This document shows, one piece after another, positions 58,876-64,000 of a stretch of DNA of 64,000 nt; positions within the stretch are counted from its first letter, which is position 1, and each line of letters opens with the position of its first letter. Below the pieces are notes generated by a model. The model saw only the letters and a program-made list of their open reading frames with translations, searched no databases and was not told where the DNA came from. Made by a program: the position numbers and the translations under genes. Origin of the DNA: the human T2T-CHM13v2.0 reference genome, Homo sapiens; assembly GCF_009914755.1 (NCBI RefSeq), contig NC_060935.1; one strand, given 5' to 3'.

Positions 58876-60339
58876 TGAAGTAATTATTTTTATCTTATGT
58901 CTTAGAAAAATGAAACTCTAGTCAAGTAGAGTCAGAAGCTCTTTCCCAGATACATACTATTGGTTTTAACTTTTAGTAAAATCAAATAGCAGAAACTCAT
59001 TCACAAGTATCTACATAAATCAGGGTAAAAAAAGTTTGCATTTCCTTAGAAGAGTGGATAATGCCCAGTGAATACAAATGTCCCTCTCTCTCATCTGTCT
59101 ACCTGGTGACTTGCAACACAGCTTTGTTTGTCTAACTGTATGGGCAGGACCTATAGGTAAAAAGTTGAATATATAGAAGATTTAAGCACTAAGGTTAAAA
59201 GGCTCCCTGACTTCCCAAGATTTGAGTTACTGTAAAAAATATCAGAGGAAATCCTCTGTCACAATGTGACTAACTGAATTGATAACTGATTATATAAGAG
59301 AAGTGTGTTTAAACTGGACTGTGTGGTTTCAGAAAAGCACAGCTGTTTGTAGTCAAGAGGAAGGCCATCATACAGCTACAGTTCCTCTAACCTTGTTCCA
59401 CTTTGAAGTGGATTGCAGGATAAATTTTTTAAAAACTGTACTATAAAAAACCCTGATGCAGTCCTTTCTCGAGTCTGCAGAATGAAGAGGGTCAGCTTTC
59501 CTTAAGTGATTGGCTTCCTGTTTTTCTTAATTATACAAAATGAGGACAATGCAAAACACAGCTGGTGGAAACTCAGATGTTGCTCAAAGCTTGAAACACA
59601 TAACGACTTTGTGATGAAAAACATAGAAAATACTTGCTGGTGAGGGGAGAGCAGCAGTGACACATTTCCAGTGGTATGCTTACTACAGCTGAAAAACCAA
59701 CTTCACCTCGAAAAATAAACAGGGTGAAAGTCTTGCTATGGGGTATAAATGCTAGCCTTTAACTTAGCCACACAAGCGTTATTGAAAGAATAGAAAGGAA
59801 GAATGGAAAAAATGCATAAAAGGAAGGTATTGAATGTCTGGTTTATGGATGGTTATTATTATAATGCCTAAAGGGTGACAAAGGATTTCTTCTGTATATC
59901 TGAAAATTCAAATTACTGTAGGCAGTAAGAAAGCAAGCTGAAAAGTATGCTACTGGATGACGAATCAATTGTGTCTAGGGAAGAAGAAGTTATATTGCTT
60001 AACCAGAATTTGGAACAAATATTAAGTTCTGTGTGACAATAAAGAAATTACTCACATATTTGATGATCCCTTGATGGATCCTCAATCATCGTTTCAGGCT
60101 GAGTTCAAGTATAACATCCTCTTTAATACCTTTTCCAACAATTAGGCTGAAATAACACATCTTCTTTTCACTTCCTCAGCTTTGAATAGCACTTGACAAA
60201 CTATTAAAATTAGTTGTATGCATATCTGCCATACTGTTAAAGTACAAACTCTTTGAAAGTAGCGGCTGTTACTTAATCACTTTTTAATTCCCCAACAATT
60301 GGTATCACACAGGTCCTTAGGAAAAGGTCAATAATTATG

Positions 60340-62265
<1,926 letters not shown>

Positions 62266-62759
62266 ACAATATAGAATGATGGTTCTGAGAAGAGAGGTTA
62301 TATTGCTCAGTTAGTATTTAAAACAAATCTTAAGTGTTGTTACTCACGTGTCCTTTACCCAATTTCTTTTTGTCCTACCATACTCACTTAAGATTGAGGC
62401 CAATTATGGGAGAACAAAAAGAAAGGAGAAGACTGGGTCATTAACACTGTGAAGCATTTTAGCCCTTGACTGGACACCTGGGCTTTGCTGTGAGAGATAA
62501 ATGAACATCCACTTTACTTAAGCTACCTCTATTTTGATTTCCTGACAGTTAGTAGCAATGCCTAATTCTAACTAATTACCTGTGTTGACATTTGTGTTCT
62601 CAGTTATGGGTGAGGTGGGGTGGTGAATAGCTGGGTGCAATTCTGAATGTTGGAAAGGATGAAGTTTCAAATAACTAATAACCAAAAAAATAACTAGGGA
62701 CCTGTTAATCTATATTTGTAGAACAAAGATGGATTCTATGATTTGGCATATAGGCCTTC

Positions 62760-63165
62760 CAGAACTAGTCCCTACATAACTCTCAGTCTCTAAATATATT
62801 CAGTTACTCATAAGACCCTCCCCTATCAACTTGCAGTTTCACATTTCCTTGCCATTGATTGTGTTGTCCTCTGCCCAATTCTTTATCTGGCTTATTCTTG
62901 TTCAAGAATCAGTTCAGGTGTAATCTCCTACAGGAAGGTCCTCCTGTCTTCCTTTCACAGGTTAGGTATCTCACTCTTGTTCACCTACGGCACTCAGTGC
63001 ACACTTTTGACTTATATCTGATCTCACTTAATTATAATTTTTTGTTATGGTATGTGTCTCTCCTCTCTAAATTGTGAGCTGCCTGAAAGATAGGATAGTG
63101 TGCATTCATCAGCTATTATTTTCAATGCCTGGCACATAGTAGGTGTTGCATAGTAAGTACCATCT
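62760..63165 (+). mobile_element. L2 3' end
   Basis: ttcaagaatcagttcaggtgt..ctcctacaggaag...caatgcctggcacatagtaggtg. Confidence 0.7.
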
Positions 63166-63819
63166 GGTATAGAGTCCATAGCACATAAGAACGACATACT
63201 TGGAATCATGTACCATCACTGATTTTGCCTTCCACTTTATGAAAGACCTAAAATCCACCCCTTGTCAACTTCTAGAGCCTAGATCTGCCCTGAAGCCCAT
63301 CACAGAAGACAGTTCCTTGATTTCCATTACTCTTTTCTCTAAGGACATCTTCCTTTCTCCCTTCCCTTCATCATCTCAGTTTAGAAAATATATTTTGGTG
63401 CCTACTTGGCTACATAGATGCTGGACTAAAACTGTGTCTTAAAATTAATTTGTCAAAAAAATTTCCTCTGCATTTTATTCTATTCATTTCTGCCAATTTC
63501 TTCAGAGAGCGAAGTTATCTTTGTGACTCAAAGCTTGAGGCCTAGGAAAGGGGGTTGGAGGAAAATCTGTCTTTTGACATTTAAAAGTATTTGCTAAAAT
63601 TAGAGAACAGTTAGCACTTCTGTTTAATAGTGAGATGAGTCTACACACATTTATGAACATCCAAAATACCCTAGCTCTGTGTTCCTACTGACCACACATA
63701 CCTATACTATAAAAGGGAGTAAATAAAAAGAAAGGAGGTACCCTGTTTTTTCATAAATACAGAGTTTAAGCTAAGAGGTATGCTGTTTCTTATTTTGAAC
63801 AGTTGTTTTCTGCCTCTCA

Positions 63820-64000
63820 CTCCCCTACCTCCTTTTCTTCCTCTTTTCTTTCTCTTCTTTTTTCCCATCTCCTCTTTTTCCTTTTCTTGTTTTTCTTCCT
63901 CTTCATTTCCATCTCTTTCTCCATCCCTATCTCCTTTCACTTCTCTTTCTTTTCTTTCTCCTTCCACATCTTTGCCTCTTCTTCCTCCTCCTCCTCCTTT
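63820..64000. repeat. CT-rich low-complexity tract
   Basis: Almost pure pyrimidine; explains the E/K/R-rich ORF 63707..63967. Confidence 0.9.

Noticed and set aside
63707-63967. E/K/R-rich ORF
   Set aside because: Translation of a CT-rich low-complexity tract

Overview
Primate (most likely human) genomic DNA from inside the very large DLG2 (PSD-93/chapsyn-110) gene, which is transcribed on the minus strand. The only real coding sequence is one 162-nt symmetric exon at 27186-27347 ([10 protein letters not shown]...HISPLK), missed by the ORF track. The rest is intron: Alus, L1s of many ages (mostly antisense to DLG2), L2/MIR/L3 relics, LTRs, DNA-transposon MITEs, and a dead HNRNPA1 retrocopy interrupted by an Alu and an MSTA LTR. 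I found no new multi-gene biological system. The best leads are: an in-frame internal splice donor in the DLG2 exon with an adjacent UGCAUG; an L1-retroposed, polyadenylated LTR10-like fragment; a ~24-nt L1 stub carrying an apparent 3' transduction; CTCF sites with upstream motifs; and a Meis/Pbx-Hox motif cluster. Repeat subfamily names come from recalled consensus sequences, not a RepeatMasker run, and boundaries of old repeats are approximate.
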